From the IMG/VR virus record IMGVR_UViG_3300035208_008180: DNA of 64,000 bases. One strand, 5' to 3'. Under the pieces are notes generated by a model. The model saw only the letters and a list, made by a program, of their open reading frames with translations, did not search any database and was not told the origin of the DNA. Both the position numbers and the translations under genes were made by a program. Positions within the stretch are counted from its first letter, which is position 1, and the number at the start of each line of letters is the position of its first letter. Origin of the DNA: a virus (lineage: Duplodnaviria; Caudoviricetes). Of this stretch, positions 39,384-48,754 are shown one piece after another.

Positions 39384-40317
39384 CTGGTTTTCTTGGATAT
39401 AAATGATATTTTTGTGCTTTAATATCTAATTTTTCAATAATACATGATACTGCACTGCCAACAATATGAATGTTGGTTGCATTTTCTATAACCATACTCC
39501 AATCAATAATCGAATAATCTGAAATTTTTTCCAATTTTATATTTCGCAAATTGTTAGTGATGGCAATGTCGGCTTTGCCAGAAAAATCACTTCTAAATAC
39601 ATCACTAATAAAATTATATGGTTCATTATCTGACAATCCTAACACATTATAAAATAACTCTTTTTCAGAATTGATGTCTCGTGTCCATTGTGTGTTTCTC
39701 CACGTTGTGAAATCAAGGTCAAACATCATATATTTAGATTTCATACAGTCTTTATATGGAACACCCATAATAGAATCAGAAAATCTAAGTGGTATAATGA
39801 ACGCTCCATCTATATTGTTGAAATTAGGGTCATCATAATTAATGTTAAGTAAGTTTTTATCAATAAAAGTAATGTAATCAAAATGCTTGCTAAGGGTCAA
39901 AAACTGAGGAAGAACTGGCCATAATATCCTATACCCCATTTTATAATGCATACGAGCAATTGGTTCACAAAATAAAATATCTCCAATTCCTTGAAATTGA
40001 TTTATAATGCACGTTCTATGGGGATTAAGAAGTGCCATTTTTTTTTGATATTGAAGTTGATCGTAAGTTAGTTTGCTGGGAAGCAATTTAATTGGTGCTA
40101 CTGCCGTTGCTGTTGTTACTGTTGTTACTCTTTTTATCTTGCTTCCCATGTTTTTTCCTGTGCTTGGGGGGATTGGAACCTTCTTGACTGTTGTTAAAAT
40201 CCTTTTTCTTGGCAAAGGAATGCCATGTGTTCTCTCTATTTCCTCAGGAGTTAGTCCCTTGCTTCTCAAAAAAGAGGTAGTTTTAGAACGTGTGCTTTTA
40301 CGCCTTGATACTCTCAT
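39322..40317 (-). CDS. putative GT-B glycosyltransferase with basic N-terminal extension
   Basis: INQFQGIGDILFC, IIDW..VIENA..IH.V.S. Confidence 0.6.
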   Translation of the reverse strand: MRVSRRKSTRSKTTSFLRSKGLTPEEIERTHGIPLPRKRILTTVKKVPIPPSTGKNMGSKIKRVTTVTTATAVAPIKLLPSKLTYDQLQYQKKMALLNPHRTCIINQFQGIGDILFCEPIARMHYKMGYRILWPVLPQFLTLSKHFDYITFIDKNLLNINYDDPNFNNIDGAFIIPLRFSDSIMGVPYKDCMKSKYMMFDLDFTTWRNTQWTRDINSEKELFYNVLGLSDNEPYNFISDVFRSDFSGKADIAITNNLRNIKLEKISDYSIIDWSMVIENATNIHIVGSAVSCIIEKLDIKAQKYHLYPRKPDEKDCANHEYFVEKPHITHT

Positions 40318-40673
40318 TGTGGTCTAGGTTCCTCAGTGGTTCCTCGCACGTCTCTGGCCGCAGCGGTTAGTGGCTCATTACCAGTTGGAATTACGCTCGA
40401 TTTTTTCTCCCCCATAGCACCACTATCCTCTGCACGGATTTTGCTCAAATACATTTCTATATTTTGTGACCACTGGCTAACAACTGTAGGGTCTACTCCT
40501 AAAAGAGCATGTAAACCTTTAGAATCGTTGCAAAGTTCCTTAAATGACTCCCAGAAATCTTTACAACCGGGTTTAGCAAACGTCAGACCCTTGCGAACCA
40601 CCTTCATGGCATATTGCTCATCATTGTTCTGTTGCTCATGAATATTGTTCCAAACTTCTAAGAATGACTGCAT
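40314..40673 (-). CDS. hypothetical, putative internal head protein (MQSFLEVW)
   Basis: AGGAG RBS; TAATG coupling to the upstream ORF. Confidence 0.6.
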   Translation of the reverse strand: MQSFLEVWNNIHEQQNNDEQYAMKVVRKGLTFAKPGCKDFWESFKELCNDSKGLHALLGVDPTVVSQWSQNIEMYLSKIRAEDSGAMGEKKSSVIPTGNEPLTAAARDVRGTTEEPRPQ

Positions 40674-40852
40674 TATTTCTCCTGATCTTCTGATTTTTTC
40701 CTTTTGCAAAATGGGTTGCGAAGTCTGCTTTTGTCCCATTTTTTGCCTTGAGTATATTTACTAGGAAATCCCAAGGGCTCATTTGTCAACAAGGCTGTTC
40801 TAACCTCGCCAGTATCTTCAAGCCACTTTTTGAATGATGACGTTACCACCAT
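40673..40852 (-). CDS. small protein (MVVTSSFKKWLED..., 59 aa, below the ORF-track cutoff)
   Basis: AAGGA RBS; manual translation; coupled to the next gene. Confidence 0.5.
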   Translation of the reverse strand: MVVTSSFKKWLEDTGEVRTALLTNEPLGFPSKYTQGKKWDKSRLRNPFCKRKKSEDQEK

Positions 40853-41054
40853 TGGTTATCCTTCTTTCCAAAATAGTTGCCCTTTTTTGCAATTCCTTAA
40901 TGTTGGCTTTTATGTGATCTAAAATCAGTTCTGGACTATTAACAGGACGTATTACCATTGGTTTTTCCTTGATATCAATTGCCATTGCTTGATTTTCTCC
41001 GATTTTTTATTTTCTCTGAGTAATATAGGTATATATAGATAAGGAATATAAAAA

Positions 41055-41537
41055 ATGACACCTAATGACAAAGCACTATCTCAGAAATTCGACCAAGTTT
41101 CTTCAGAACTCCGTGGGCTTATGAATACGCTTACTCGGATTGATGAACGGGTAGAAATTTTTATTGACCAACAAGAACAAATAGCTGGTAAATTAGACGA
41201 ACATATTTCAAATTGCCCAGTTAAGTGCCAAATGCCAGAATATTTGAGTAGATTGTCTGTCTTAGAAAAAACGACAGTTACCAAGAATGGTGGATATGTA
41301 AGTAAAGAAGATTTTAATAATCATTGTGAAGGGCTAAAAAAAGAGATAGCAGAGATGCGAGAAGCTAATAAAGAAATGGAATTAGCCACACAAAAACAAC
41401 AGATCACAACAGAAAAACAAGAAAACCACTGGAAAACAATTGGCACATTTATTTTTCATTTAATTAGCTATATTGCAGGCGTAGTCGCAGCAGCTTACAT
41501 TCTTCATTTCTTAGCCATAAAAGCAGCGTCACCCTAG
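41055..41537 (+). CDS. coiled-coil protein with C-terminal transmembrane helix
   Basis: LTRIDERV coiled coil; hydrophobic C-terminus. Confidence 0.6.
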   Translation: MTPNDKALSQKFDQVSSELRGLMNTLTRIDERVEIFIDQQEQIAGKLDEHISNCPVKCQMPEYLSRLSVLEKTTVTKNGGYVSKEDFNNHCEGLKKEIAEMREANKEMELATQKQQITTEKQENHWKTIGTFIFHLISYIAGVVAAAYILHFLAIKAASP

Positions 41538-42268
41538 TAATTAACCCACAAACAATCTATTGTGAGCTTAACATTTGTTTTCTTTTTAATGCATTTCCAG
41601 CCTTTGTCCGCATGATAAAGGCGTCGATACAATAAAGAAGGCAACCCACAAATCATTACTTTCCCTCGAAATTGGTTGAGCACCTCCGACAGTGCAATAT
41701 GCTCATCAGTAGATAACTTGTTTTCATTCACATCTACTGATTCTGACAATGGAGGCGGATCAACGAATGTAAACATATCTTTATCGTCATAAGCCAGTAA
41801 GGTTTCTATGGGAGATTTGTTAAAAATATGTACATTTTGTAGACGATCTGCAATTTTGGGCAGTTCTGTTAAAATAGAATCCCAAGAATCATCTTCTGCA
41901 AATGTTTTTTTGGCACTATTTTTACTCATTCTTCTCAAAATGAATTCATTTACAGCAACGTCCAGGTAATCCTTATTAGGTGATTTTTTCAAAACTTTGT
42001 TAAAAGTATTGATGCAATATTTTGTTCGTTTTAATCTGCTGAGAAACATCCCTGGTTCGTCTCTTAGTGCTTTATAAATACAAATAATGCCATCATCACT
42101 ATCGTTGATAGATTCATCTACTGATCGCTCTTTATTAAAGAACACACCACCAGCCTGTACATAAGGCTCTATGTAACTCATTTGCATATAATTGGGTGGA
42201 AAGTTTTGAGTGATCCATGATGCAAGATGATACTTTCCTTTGCTTTTCACAAGTGGTCTAATGCTCAT
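41534..42268 (-). CDS. Dam-like DNA adenine methyltransferase, degenerate motifs
   Basis: GK..LA.WI..FP, YIEPY...GGVFF, ESINDSD, FVDPPP in place of DPPY. Confidence 0.75.
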   Translation of the reverse strand: MSIRPLVKSKGKYHLASWITQNFPPNYMQMSYIEPYVQAGGVFFNKERSVDESINDSDDGIICIYKALRDEPGMFLSRLKRTKYCINTFNKVLKKSPNKDYLDVAVNEFILRRMSKNSAKKTFAEDDSWDSILTELPKIADRLQNVHIFNKSPIETLLAYDDKDMFTFVDPPPLSESVDVNENKLSTDEHIALSEVLNQFRGKVMICGLPSLLYRRLYHADKGWKCIKKKTNVKLTIDCLWVNY

Positions 42269-42449
42269 TATGCTCCGTTGTTTTGTATATTTGTTCGTCA
42301 CACTTGGTGCATTTTATTTCTGATTCGCCATAACCAGCCGATGCCCCAGGCCAAAACCAACCCCGCTTTAGTTTTGTGTAACACCTAACACATATTGGTT
42401 TGATGACTCCAGAATCCAGATAATAATAACAATCTCTTTGAATATTCAT
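42258..42449 (-). CDS. small Zn-finger protein
   Basis: CVRC...CTKC. Confidence 0.55.
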   Translation of the reverse strand: MNIQRDCYYYLDSGVIKPICVRCYTKLKRGWFWPGASAGYGESEIKCTKCDEQIYKTTEHNEH

Positions 42450-42493
42450 AAACCAAATCTCTATCTAATATTAGTAAGAAAAGGAAAAAATTT

Positions 42494-42823
42494 ATGGCCT
42501 GTTCCAAAGTTAAAAACTTATCTCAACAAACCTTGTTGGGAATGACAGCCAATACTCCAACTGGAAACTTTCTTAATAAAATACCACTATCACAATGGGA
42601 AGTATTCAGCTTTGATCCTAAAAGATATGAGGCTTGTGTGAAAGTCTATCGGGTTTTTAATCAGGCAGAGATTCAGGCATATGTTGATAATTTACGAACA
42701 GAATTAGCAATAACAACAGACCTTACTACCAAACTAGCACTTCAACAAGTAATATTAGAGCGGGAAAAACAACTAAATAATCCGCCTTTTAATATGATAA
42801 CCGTGCCACTTGCCCCTCCATAA
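42494..42823 (+). CDS. hypothetical protein
   Basis: 109 aa ORF with AAGGA RBS. Confidence 0.6.
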   Translation: MACSKVKNLSQQTLLGMTANTPTGNFLNKIPLSQWEVFSFDPKRYEACVKVYRVFNQAEIQAYVDNLRTELAITTDLTTKLALQQVILEREKQLNNPPFNMITVPLAPP

Positions 42824-42870
42824 ATTTTTGTTTAATTCACTATATACCATATTGAGAACTGGAGAAAATA

Positions 42871-43374
42871 ATGCGAACATTTACAGATTATGTCGAACAA
42901 CAAAAATTAGATGCAATGTTTGAAAATGCCTTTAGACAACTTGCCATAGAAGCCGAACACAACTCACAATTAAACGATCTTTTGCTCGAACAAGGTTGGG
43001 GTGGTATGATACGAAATGCCGGGCAGGCTTTAAAACAATTTGGACAAACAGCATGGAGTGGACTTAAGGCAGGAGCACAAGGTGCCTACAGTCAAATGAC
43101 AGGACCATTGACACAATACCAGAATGCAATTGGTGCTCTTCAAAAAGCTTGGCAACAAATATCAAAAGACCCAAATTGGAGCAAATCAATGACTACTGGC
43201 GGCGGCGGCTTGCCAGCAATGAATTTGTCAACATGGCTACAGCAAACAATTGCAGAATTACAAAGTCAGTTAACACAGGTGCAGAACAAACAAGTGAATC
43301 CAGCCACTACTCAAACAAATGTGGCGGCAACAACAGCACAAGTAGGTCAAAATCAAAAGAATTTTGGTCCCTAA
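42871..43374 (+). CDS. Gln-rich putative internal/ejected head protein (MRTFTDYVE)
   Basis: GGAGA RBS; LLE/QGWGG amphipathic segment. Confidence 0.6.
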   Translation: MRTFTDYVEQQKLDAMFENAFRQLAIEAEHNSQLNDLLLEQGWGGMIRNAGQALKQFGQTAWSGLKAGAQGAYSQMTGPLTQYQNAIGALQKAWQQISKDPNWSKSMTTGGGGLPAMNLSTWLQQTIAELQSQLTQVQNKQVNPATTQTNVAATTAQVGQNQKNFGP

Positions 43375-43709
43375 ATCCACCCAGTTTTAGTGGCTAATTT
43401 AATATCCTCAGTAGTAACTCTTCTTCCAAGCACTTCACTGACACTTTCAGTGAAGTGCTTTTCTATGTCTTTTTGGACTGCTCTAAAAAACATTGGCCCC
43501 ATTTGTAGAGCTTCTGCTAAACTACTCATATCAACTGACCAGTCTAAAAACTCTCCATCTATGAAAATGGCTTTTTCTATATTGCCACCCTTGCCTTTTC
43601 GCATCATGACCTCAAAGCTTTTTTTTGGAGTGCCATCGGGCAAAAGTGGAGTGGGTGTTACTGGGGGTTCTTCAAAAGGATTGATAATTTCTGCCATAAT
43701 ATAATACAT
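43371..43709 (-). CDS. hypothetical protein
   Basis: 112 aa ORF. Confidence 0.6.
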   Translation of the reverse strand: MYYIMAEIINPFEEPPVTPTPLLPDGTPKKSFEVMMRKGKGGNIEKAIFIDGEFLDWSVDMSSLAEALQMGPMFFRAVQKDIEKHFTESVSEVLGRRVTTEDIKLATKTGWI

Positions 43710-43719
43710 AAGTAATAGT

Positions 43720-44235
43720 ATGGAATTTTCTAACTGGATTTTGCAAGAATCGAGCCTGAACGACCTTTATCAAAGTGCCGTCGAAGCATTCCCCCGCACT
43801 ACAAAAAGACAACATGCCACCCAACCAATCAAAATAGTGGAACTTACTTGGGTGCCATATAGGGGTGTAAAAACCCTGTTTGTCAAAGCAATGGCTCGTA
43901 ATGAAGGTCGTGTCTACAATCCCATCATTGTTTTTAAGAAAGTTCATTATCTGGAATCTGGTGGTATTGCTCTAAAAGACAAAAATGGACAACGATACTT
44001 TGTAGAACAACTATCATTACAAAATAATGATGTTTTGGTCAGATGCCAGTGTGGTGATTTTTATTGGCGAGGAACACATTTTAATAAATTGGATCATTCG
44101 TTATATGGACCCGATAGGAAAAAATACGAAGCCAAACATAATCCTGGTTCTGCAAATCCTACTGAATCCCCTATTGTGTGTAAGCATTTGATGAAGATGA
44201 TGGAAGTTTTACACAACTCAGGATTTGCTAAATAA
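43720..44235 (+). CDS. SWIM-type Zn-finger protein (MEFSNWILQE)
   Basis: VRCQCGDF...VCKHL. Confidence 0.7.
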   Translation: MEFSNWILQESSLNDLYQSAVEAFPRTTKRQHATQPIKIVELTWVPYRGVKTLFVKAMARNEGRVYNPIIVFKKVHYLESGGIALKDKNGQRYFVEQLSLQNNDVLVRCQCGDFYWRGTHFNKLDHSLYGPDRKKYEAKHNPGSANPTESPIVCKHLMKMMEVLHNSGFAK

Positions 44236-44408
44236 TTTTCGAGCCCTTGCTCATATTTGCTTTCTTTTCAAGCGGTTGCAAATTATCTAATTTCCAACAC
44301 TCCAAAAATAATGGATCATTCATTGAGGTGTATGGAAAGTTGCTATGAGGCATTATATAGCAATTAAAACAAGATTTTTTATGTAGATTTAATTATTATT
44401 TTGTTAAC

Positions 44409-44449
44409 AAAAAAGCCAATGAGCCCCATAAAGGAACTCATTGGCTCTT
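44409..44449 (-). terminator. intrinsic terminator
   Basis: AGCCAATGAG...CTCATTGGCT with a U tract on the minus strand. Confidence 0.7.
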
Positions 44450-44472
44450 GAAAGGTTGTTACCTATTATTTG

Positions 44473-44847
44473 TTATACAGTGTGATGTAAATCTAATCCC
44501 CAACCTGTATTCACGACTATCCACTCAACCACATCACCCGGTGTCTCGGCATAGACAACGAATGAAGTAAAGTGACTAGACGTATCACTCTTGGTGGTCA
44601 GACTAGCATTATGTGTAGCAGCCCCTGCACCCCTTGCAGTTAATATAACTGCATAACTAGCAGCAGCCAATGGTAGAGCGTCTGGAAAAGTCACTGTAGC
44701 TAAACCAGTTCCACCATCAGTTGTTACTATACCAGCAGCTACGATGTGCGGGCTATTTTGCGGAACATTAAAATTACGATTATTACCTGGACCTTTTAAA
44801 TTGGAGGCAACGCCTTGTCCAACACCTGTTACACTTGCAGCACCCAT
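44473..44847 (-). CDS. virion decoration / fibre-tip-like protein, paralogue 2
   Basis: VTFPDAL...Y.V.LT beta-sandwich pattern; tandem duplicate. Confidence 0.6.
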   Translation of the reverse strand: MGAASVTGVGQGVASNLKGPGNNRNFNVPQNSPHIVAAGIVTTDGGTGLATVTFPDALPLAAASYAVILTARGAGAATHNASLTTKSDTSSHFTSFVVYAETPGDVVEWIVVNTGWGLDLHHTV

Positions 44848-44890
44848 TATATTTTTTCCTTTTTGTTAGTTTGAGTAATTTATTGGCATA

Positions 44891-45259
44891 TTACACAGTG
44901 TGATGTAAATCAATGCCCCAACCTGTACGAATAACGACCCAATCGATCTCGTCAGTTGCACCCTCTGAGTAAATTGTGAAATAATCAAACTTACTAGAAG
45001 TGTCATGTTTAGTGACTACACTTGCATTGTGAGTAGCAGCCCCGGCCCCAAGAGCCGTTACTAAAACAACATAATTCGCAGCAGCCAAATCCAGAGCATC
45101 TGGAAAAGTAACTGTCAATGAATTAGCCGCAGCCGTTCCAACGCCAGCAGCTACAACATGCGGGCAAACCTGTGGAACACAAAAACTACGATTATTACCT
45201 GGGCCTTTTAAATTGGCGGCAACGCCTTGTCCAACACCTGTTACACTTGATGCACCCAT
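44891..45259 (-). CDS. virion decoration / fibre-tip-like protein, paralogue 1
   Basis: Highly similar to 44473-44847; AGGAG RBS. Confidence 0.6.
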   Translation of the reverse strand: MGASSVTGVGQGVAANLKGPGNNRSFCVPQVCPHVVAAGVGTAAANSLTVTFPDALDLAAANYVVLVTALGAGAATHNASVVTKHDTSSKFDYFTIYSEGATDEIDWVVIRTGWGIDLHHTV

Positions 45260-45371
45260 TTTATTCTCCTTGTGGTTAAATACCCACGTTTTAGATACAA
45301 TAGATACTCATGCCCTTTTAAATTTATGCCTCGTTTGGAAAAATTTTTTCCAAACGAGTATATAGGATATT

Positions 45372-45905
45372 ATGGAACCAACAAAACGAGAATATCAGGT
45401 TATTTTGGGCACTATTATGGGCGGCTCATCAATCATCCGGCCTAAAAAGGGAAAGCATTGTTATTTGTCCATGCGAGACAAAAGAGCCAATTGGCTAGAG
45501 TTCAAAGCAGATCAATTAGCTCGATACGCCTCGCCAGAGCCTTTTACGATTGAAAAAACAAATCGTTGGCACTCTTTGGCATATCCTATTTTCGATGAAT
45601 TTAGAGAAAAGTTTTATAATCACAAAAAACGTTGTGTCGATATCGAAAGCCTTACTTTCTGGGACGTGGGATTGTCTATTTGGTTTGGAGATGTGGGCAA
45701 GTTCGAAAATGGACAAGTTATATTAAACACTCACATCTGGGGCGAAAAAGGATCAGAAACCCTGGCAAAATATTTCGAATATTGTCAATGGCCTGCTGAA
45801 ATATTTAAAGACCGCACCTATTACCGTTTACGATTGAACAGAGAGGCTTCTGTGCATTTTATGAATACGGTTAGCCCTCATTTGCCATTCCCATTGACTC
45901 AATAA
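45372..45905 (+). CDS. LAGLIDADG-type homing endonuclease (degenerate)
   Basis: QVILGTIMGGSSI and LSIWFGDVG helices, LNTH.W. Confidence 0.7.
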   Translation: MEPTKREYQVILGTIMGGSSIIRPKKGKHCYLSMRDKRANWLEFKADQLARYASPEPFTIEKTNRWHSLAYPIFDEFREKFYNHKKRCVDIESLTFWDVGLSIWFGDVGKFENGQVILNTHIWGEKGSETLAKYFEYCQWPAEIFKDRTYYRLRLNREASVHFMNTVSPHLPFPLTQ

Positions 45906-45941
45906 TTATTATTTGTTAAAATTGACTGTGGAGGATTACAA

Positions 45942-46226
45942 ATGATTAAATTTTTAAAACTAATTACCGGCGAAGACACATTGGCAGAAGTTACAGAAGA
46001 AACCGAATTGCATTATGTTTTAAAGAACCCAATGCGATTTATACCCACCGAACAGGGCATAGGTATAGCCCCCTTCGCAATGTTTGTGAAAAAGGGCTCT
46101 ACAATCACAATTGATAAAGATAAGGTTATTTTTGCCGCCGATCCAGAAGATGAAATAGCCAATGTTTATAATGAAAAATATGGCTCTGGGATCGTTGTGC
46201 CACCCTCAAGCATACAATTACCATGA
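45942..46226 (+). CDS. Sm-like-fold phage protein
   Basis: IKFLKLITGED.LAEV...LKNP...Y...YGSGIVVP, common in T4-like phages. Confidence 0.65.
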   Translation: MIKFLKLITGEDTLAEVTEETELHYVLKNPMRFIPTEQGIGIAPFAMFVKKGSTITIDKDKVIFAADPEDEIANVYNEKYGSGIVVPPSSIQLP

Positions 46227-46813
46227 CAATGCCACATTTAATGAATTGCCCACATTCACCTGATGGGTGGTGCCTTGATTGCGTCAGTAAACAAGGCAAG
46301 CTTTTGCTTGAAATTGACCAAGCCATACAAGACCCGGATAAATTTCTGGCGATGGTTGCTAATCGTGGCCGACCATTAATCGGCGTTTGCGTTTGCATTT
46401 GTCGTCGTGAACCATCCAGCGGCAAAGTTCTTTTGCACAAAAGAAAAGGAAAGCACGCTCCTGGCACATGGGCATTCCCTGGCGGGCATATGGAAAAATG
46501 GGAATCCTTTGAAGGAGTTGTTCGTAGAGAACTAGAAGAAGAAGCAGGGCCAGATATAGAAATTGATAATTTGCAATTTTGGACTGTTGCCAATACTCGA
46601 TTTCATGATGAAGACAAGCATTATGTTGTTCTTTTTATTATGGCTGATTGGGTATCTGGCGAGCCAAAGATTATGGAGCCAGAAAAATGTGAATGCTGGG
46701 AATGGTTTGATTGGAATGATCTTCCTTCACCACTGATGATGGGGATACAAGATATTGTTGATCGTAAACTGAGCCCTTTTGACTATGGAGGCGAACACGA
46801 AACATTATGCTAG
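46223..46813 (+). CDS. NUDIX hydrolase (MutT/NUDT15-like)
   Basis: PGGHMEKWES...RRELEEEAG, EPEKCECWEWF.W. Confidence 0.9.
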   Translation: MTMPHLMNCPHSPDGWCLDCVSKQGKLLLEIDQAIQDPDKFLAMVANRGRPLIGVCVCICRREPSSGKVLLHKRKGKHAPGTWAFPGGHMEKWESFEGVVRRELEEEAGPDIEIDNLQFWTVANTRFHDEDKHYVVLFIMADWVSGEPKIMEPEKCECWEWFDWNDLPSPLMMGIQDIVDRKLSPFDYGGEHETLC

Positions 46814-47379
46814 AAGTAGAAGCTAAATTCATTGTGGATAGTTTTGATTTATTGGAAGCCAAATACCAATTTGATGGCCCCGTGTTACAAAGAGATATAT
46901 ATTATCAGCATCCCTCTCGTGATTTTATGAAAACTGGAGAGTGGTTCCGTGTGCGAAGAATTTTTAAGGGCATTCCCTGTGCGGAAAACCTCGGGTGCGA
47001 AGAAATTCATCTGTGTCACAAAGGATCAAATCAAGGCTCATCTGATGTTAAAAGTCGCAGAGAGATAGAATTTTCTGTGCCTATGGACATAATTGAACTT
47101 TTGCAAATCCTTGATTTTGCAGAATTGATACGAGTGGAAAAATACCGCCGATCAGCCGTGGTTACACCAACTAACGATAGTGGCGAACCCACCTTTACCA
47201 TAACATTAGATGAAGTTTTGGGATTGGGAAAATATGTAGAAATTGAAATGCTGGTTCTCAAAGAAGAATTTAAAGCAGGAGCAATTGAAGCCATTAATGA
47301 CATAGCCAAAAAACTGGGACTCACCCAGCCAGAGAAACACGGATATGCTAAATTAATGCTGAAAAAAGAGAAAAAATGA
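46807..47379 (+). CDS. CYTH domain protein (class IV adenylate cyclase-like / triphosphatase)
   Basis: EVEAK, Q.DIYY, RVR, KG, R.EIE, KYR, LDEV.GLG.YVEIE. Confidence 0.9.
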   Translation: MLEVEAKFIVDSFDLLEAKYQFDGPVLQRDIYYQHPSRDFMKTGEWFRVRRIFKGIPCAENLGCEEIHLCHKGSNQGSSDVKSRREIEFSVPMDIIELLQILDFAELIRVEKYRRSAVVTPTNDSGEPTFTITLDEVLGLGKYVEIEMLVLKEEFKAGAIEAINDIAKKLGLTQPEKHGYAKLMLKKEKK

Positions 47380-47558
47380 TGCCTAATTACGAATATCAGT
47401 GCGATACTTGTGAACACAAGTTTGAAATATTTCAACACATGAATGATAAGCCCATTAAAATTTGCCCTAAGTGCGGCAAAAAAGTCCATCGATTGATTAC
47501 TGGCGGAACTGGCTTTATTCTTAAAGGAACCGGCTGGACTCCAAAAGGAAATAAATGA
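47376..47558 (+). CDS. FmdB-family Zn-ribbon protein
   Basis: MPNYEYQC..C...FE...CPKCG...LKGTGW. Confidence 0.9.
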   Translation: MMPNYEYQCDTCEHKFEIFQHMNDKPIKICPKCGKKVHRLITGGTGFILKGTGWTPKGNK

Positions 47559-47809
47559 GCACTTATGTCCATAACGCCATTGTTGAGAATGGCTTACAAT
47601 CTGAGTTTGCTTATGGAGATAAGCTTGCGAAAAGACACGGATTTGAAGATGGACCGCTGCATCGACGCCGACAAGGAACTATTGAGCAATTCGATGAGTG
47701 GATTGCCAATTGTTTAAAGGATGTTGAAGAAGGGAAAATGTGCCCTGTTAGAGCTAGAAAAATAATTGAAAGATGGTGGACACTTCGAGAAAAAAAGGCA
47801 AATAGATAA
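47555..47809 (+). CDS. hypothetical protein
   Basis: 84 aa coupled ORF. Confidence 0.5.
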   Translation: MSTYVHNAIVENGLQSEFAYGDKLAKRHGFEDGPLHRRRQGTIEQFDEWIANCLKDVEEGKMCPVRARKIIERWWTLREKKANR

Positions 47810-48121
47810 TGAAATGGGAAGCTTTTTGTGGTCATGAATTAGGCAAGTTTGACCAATACAAAGATGCTGTAAAAGCCATATTTGATGAATTGCTATAAAA
47901 GAAGGTCGCATGAGTTATTTAATCTTGGAAACAGCGACTTGGGTTGTTTCTGATGGCCTGCCAATTATGTTTTATGAAATGCGAGACAATGCAATTGATC
48001 GTGGGTGGATCAATGAGAGTAAATGGTGTGGATAGTGTGTAATTTAAAGAATGGTTATTGACCGAAAAGGCAGAACGCACCTTCCAAAGTGGAAAAGAAT
48101 TTAAGTGGTCGATAGCTAAAC

Positions 48122-48157
48122 AAAAAAAGGCAGGGATTTTTCAATCCCTGCCTTTTT
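48122..48157. terminator. bidirectional intrinsic terminator
   Basis: AAAAAGGCAGGGATT...AATCCCTGCCTTTTT. Confidence 0.8.
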
Positions 48158-48170
48158 AGCTTTTCCAGAA

Positions 48171-48692
48171 CTATCTATTTCGGAATTGCTGACACCAGAA
48201 GATTACTCCGCTGGCAGTACGAAAAGCCGCCACACCAATGCGTAGATGACCTGGGTTGAGAATGTTCGCCCTGTGACCTGACGAATTCATCCAACAATTG
48301 ACCACATCACTACTGTGCGGTTGTCCCATTGCAATGTTTTCAGCAAGTGGGAGCCTCGTATGCACCATTGCCTGATTGCGAGTCATCCAGGCAGCGTGCC
48401 CTCTGGCGGTCTGCATCAAATCCTTGTCAACCTCGAAAGGCGGAAGACCATATCGTGCCCGCTCTTCGTTGGTGAATTTAATGATGTTGGCTTCAATTTC
48501 GGCAAGCTTCACACCATCAACCACCACTACTTTATCCGCAGCAGTCGGATAATTTGTTATTGCTTCCACTTCAGTGGTCTGTGCCGTCGTTGGGGCATTA
48601 TAACTCTGCTGGCGACGACCTCTGCCTCTGGCTTCTGCCACTGAACAAACACACAACACAACAACAAACGCAAACAATAGATTCAACCTCAT
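48171..48692 (-). CDS. secreted CAP/SCP domain protein
   Basis: Signal peptide; TNEERARYGL, AENIAMG, WMNSSGHRANIL. Confidence 0.92.
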   Translation of the reverse strand: MRLNLLFAFVVVLCVCSVAEARGRGRRQQSYNAPTTAQTTEVEAITNYPTAADKVVVVDGVKLAEIEANIIKFTNEERARYGLPPFEVDKDLMQTARGHAAWMTRNQAMVHTRLPLAENIAMGQPHSSDVVNCWMNSSGHRANILNPGHLRIGVAAFRTASGVIFWCQQFRNR

Positions 48693-48754
48693 ACGATACT
48701 CCTTAGGGCTAGGGGTTGAAACACACAGAATGTCCTCACCGTGAGGACGAAATA

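Noticed and set aside
44473-45259. Diversity-generating retroelement template/variable repeat pair
   Set aside because: Differences are not adenine-specific, both copies are full genes, and no reverse transcriptase is present in the window.
45372-45905. LAGLIDADG, HNH and GIY-YIG genes as intron- or intein-encoded
   Set aside because: The flanking genes appear intact and no split host gene is visible, so they are treated as free-standing.
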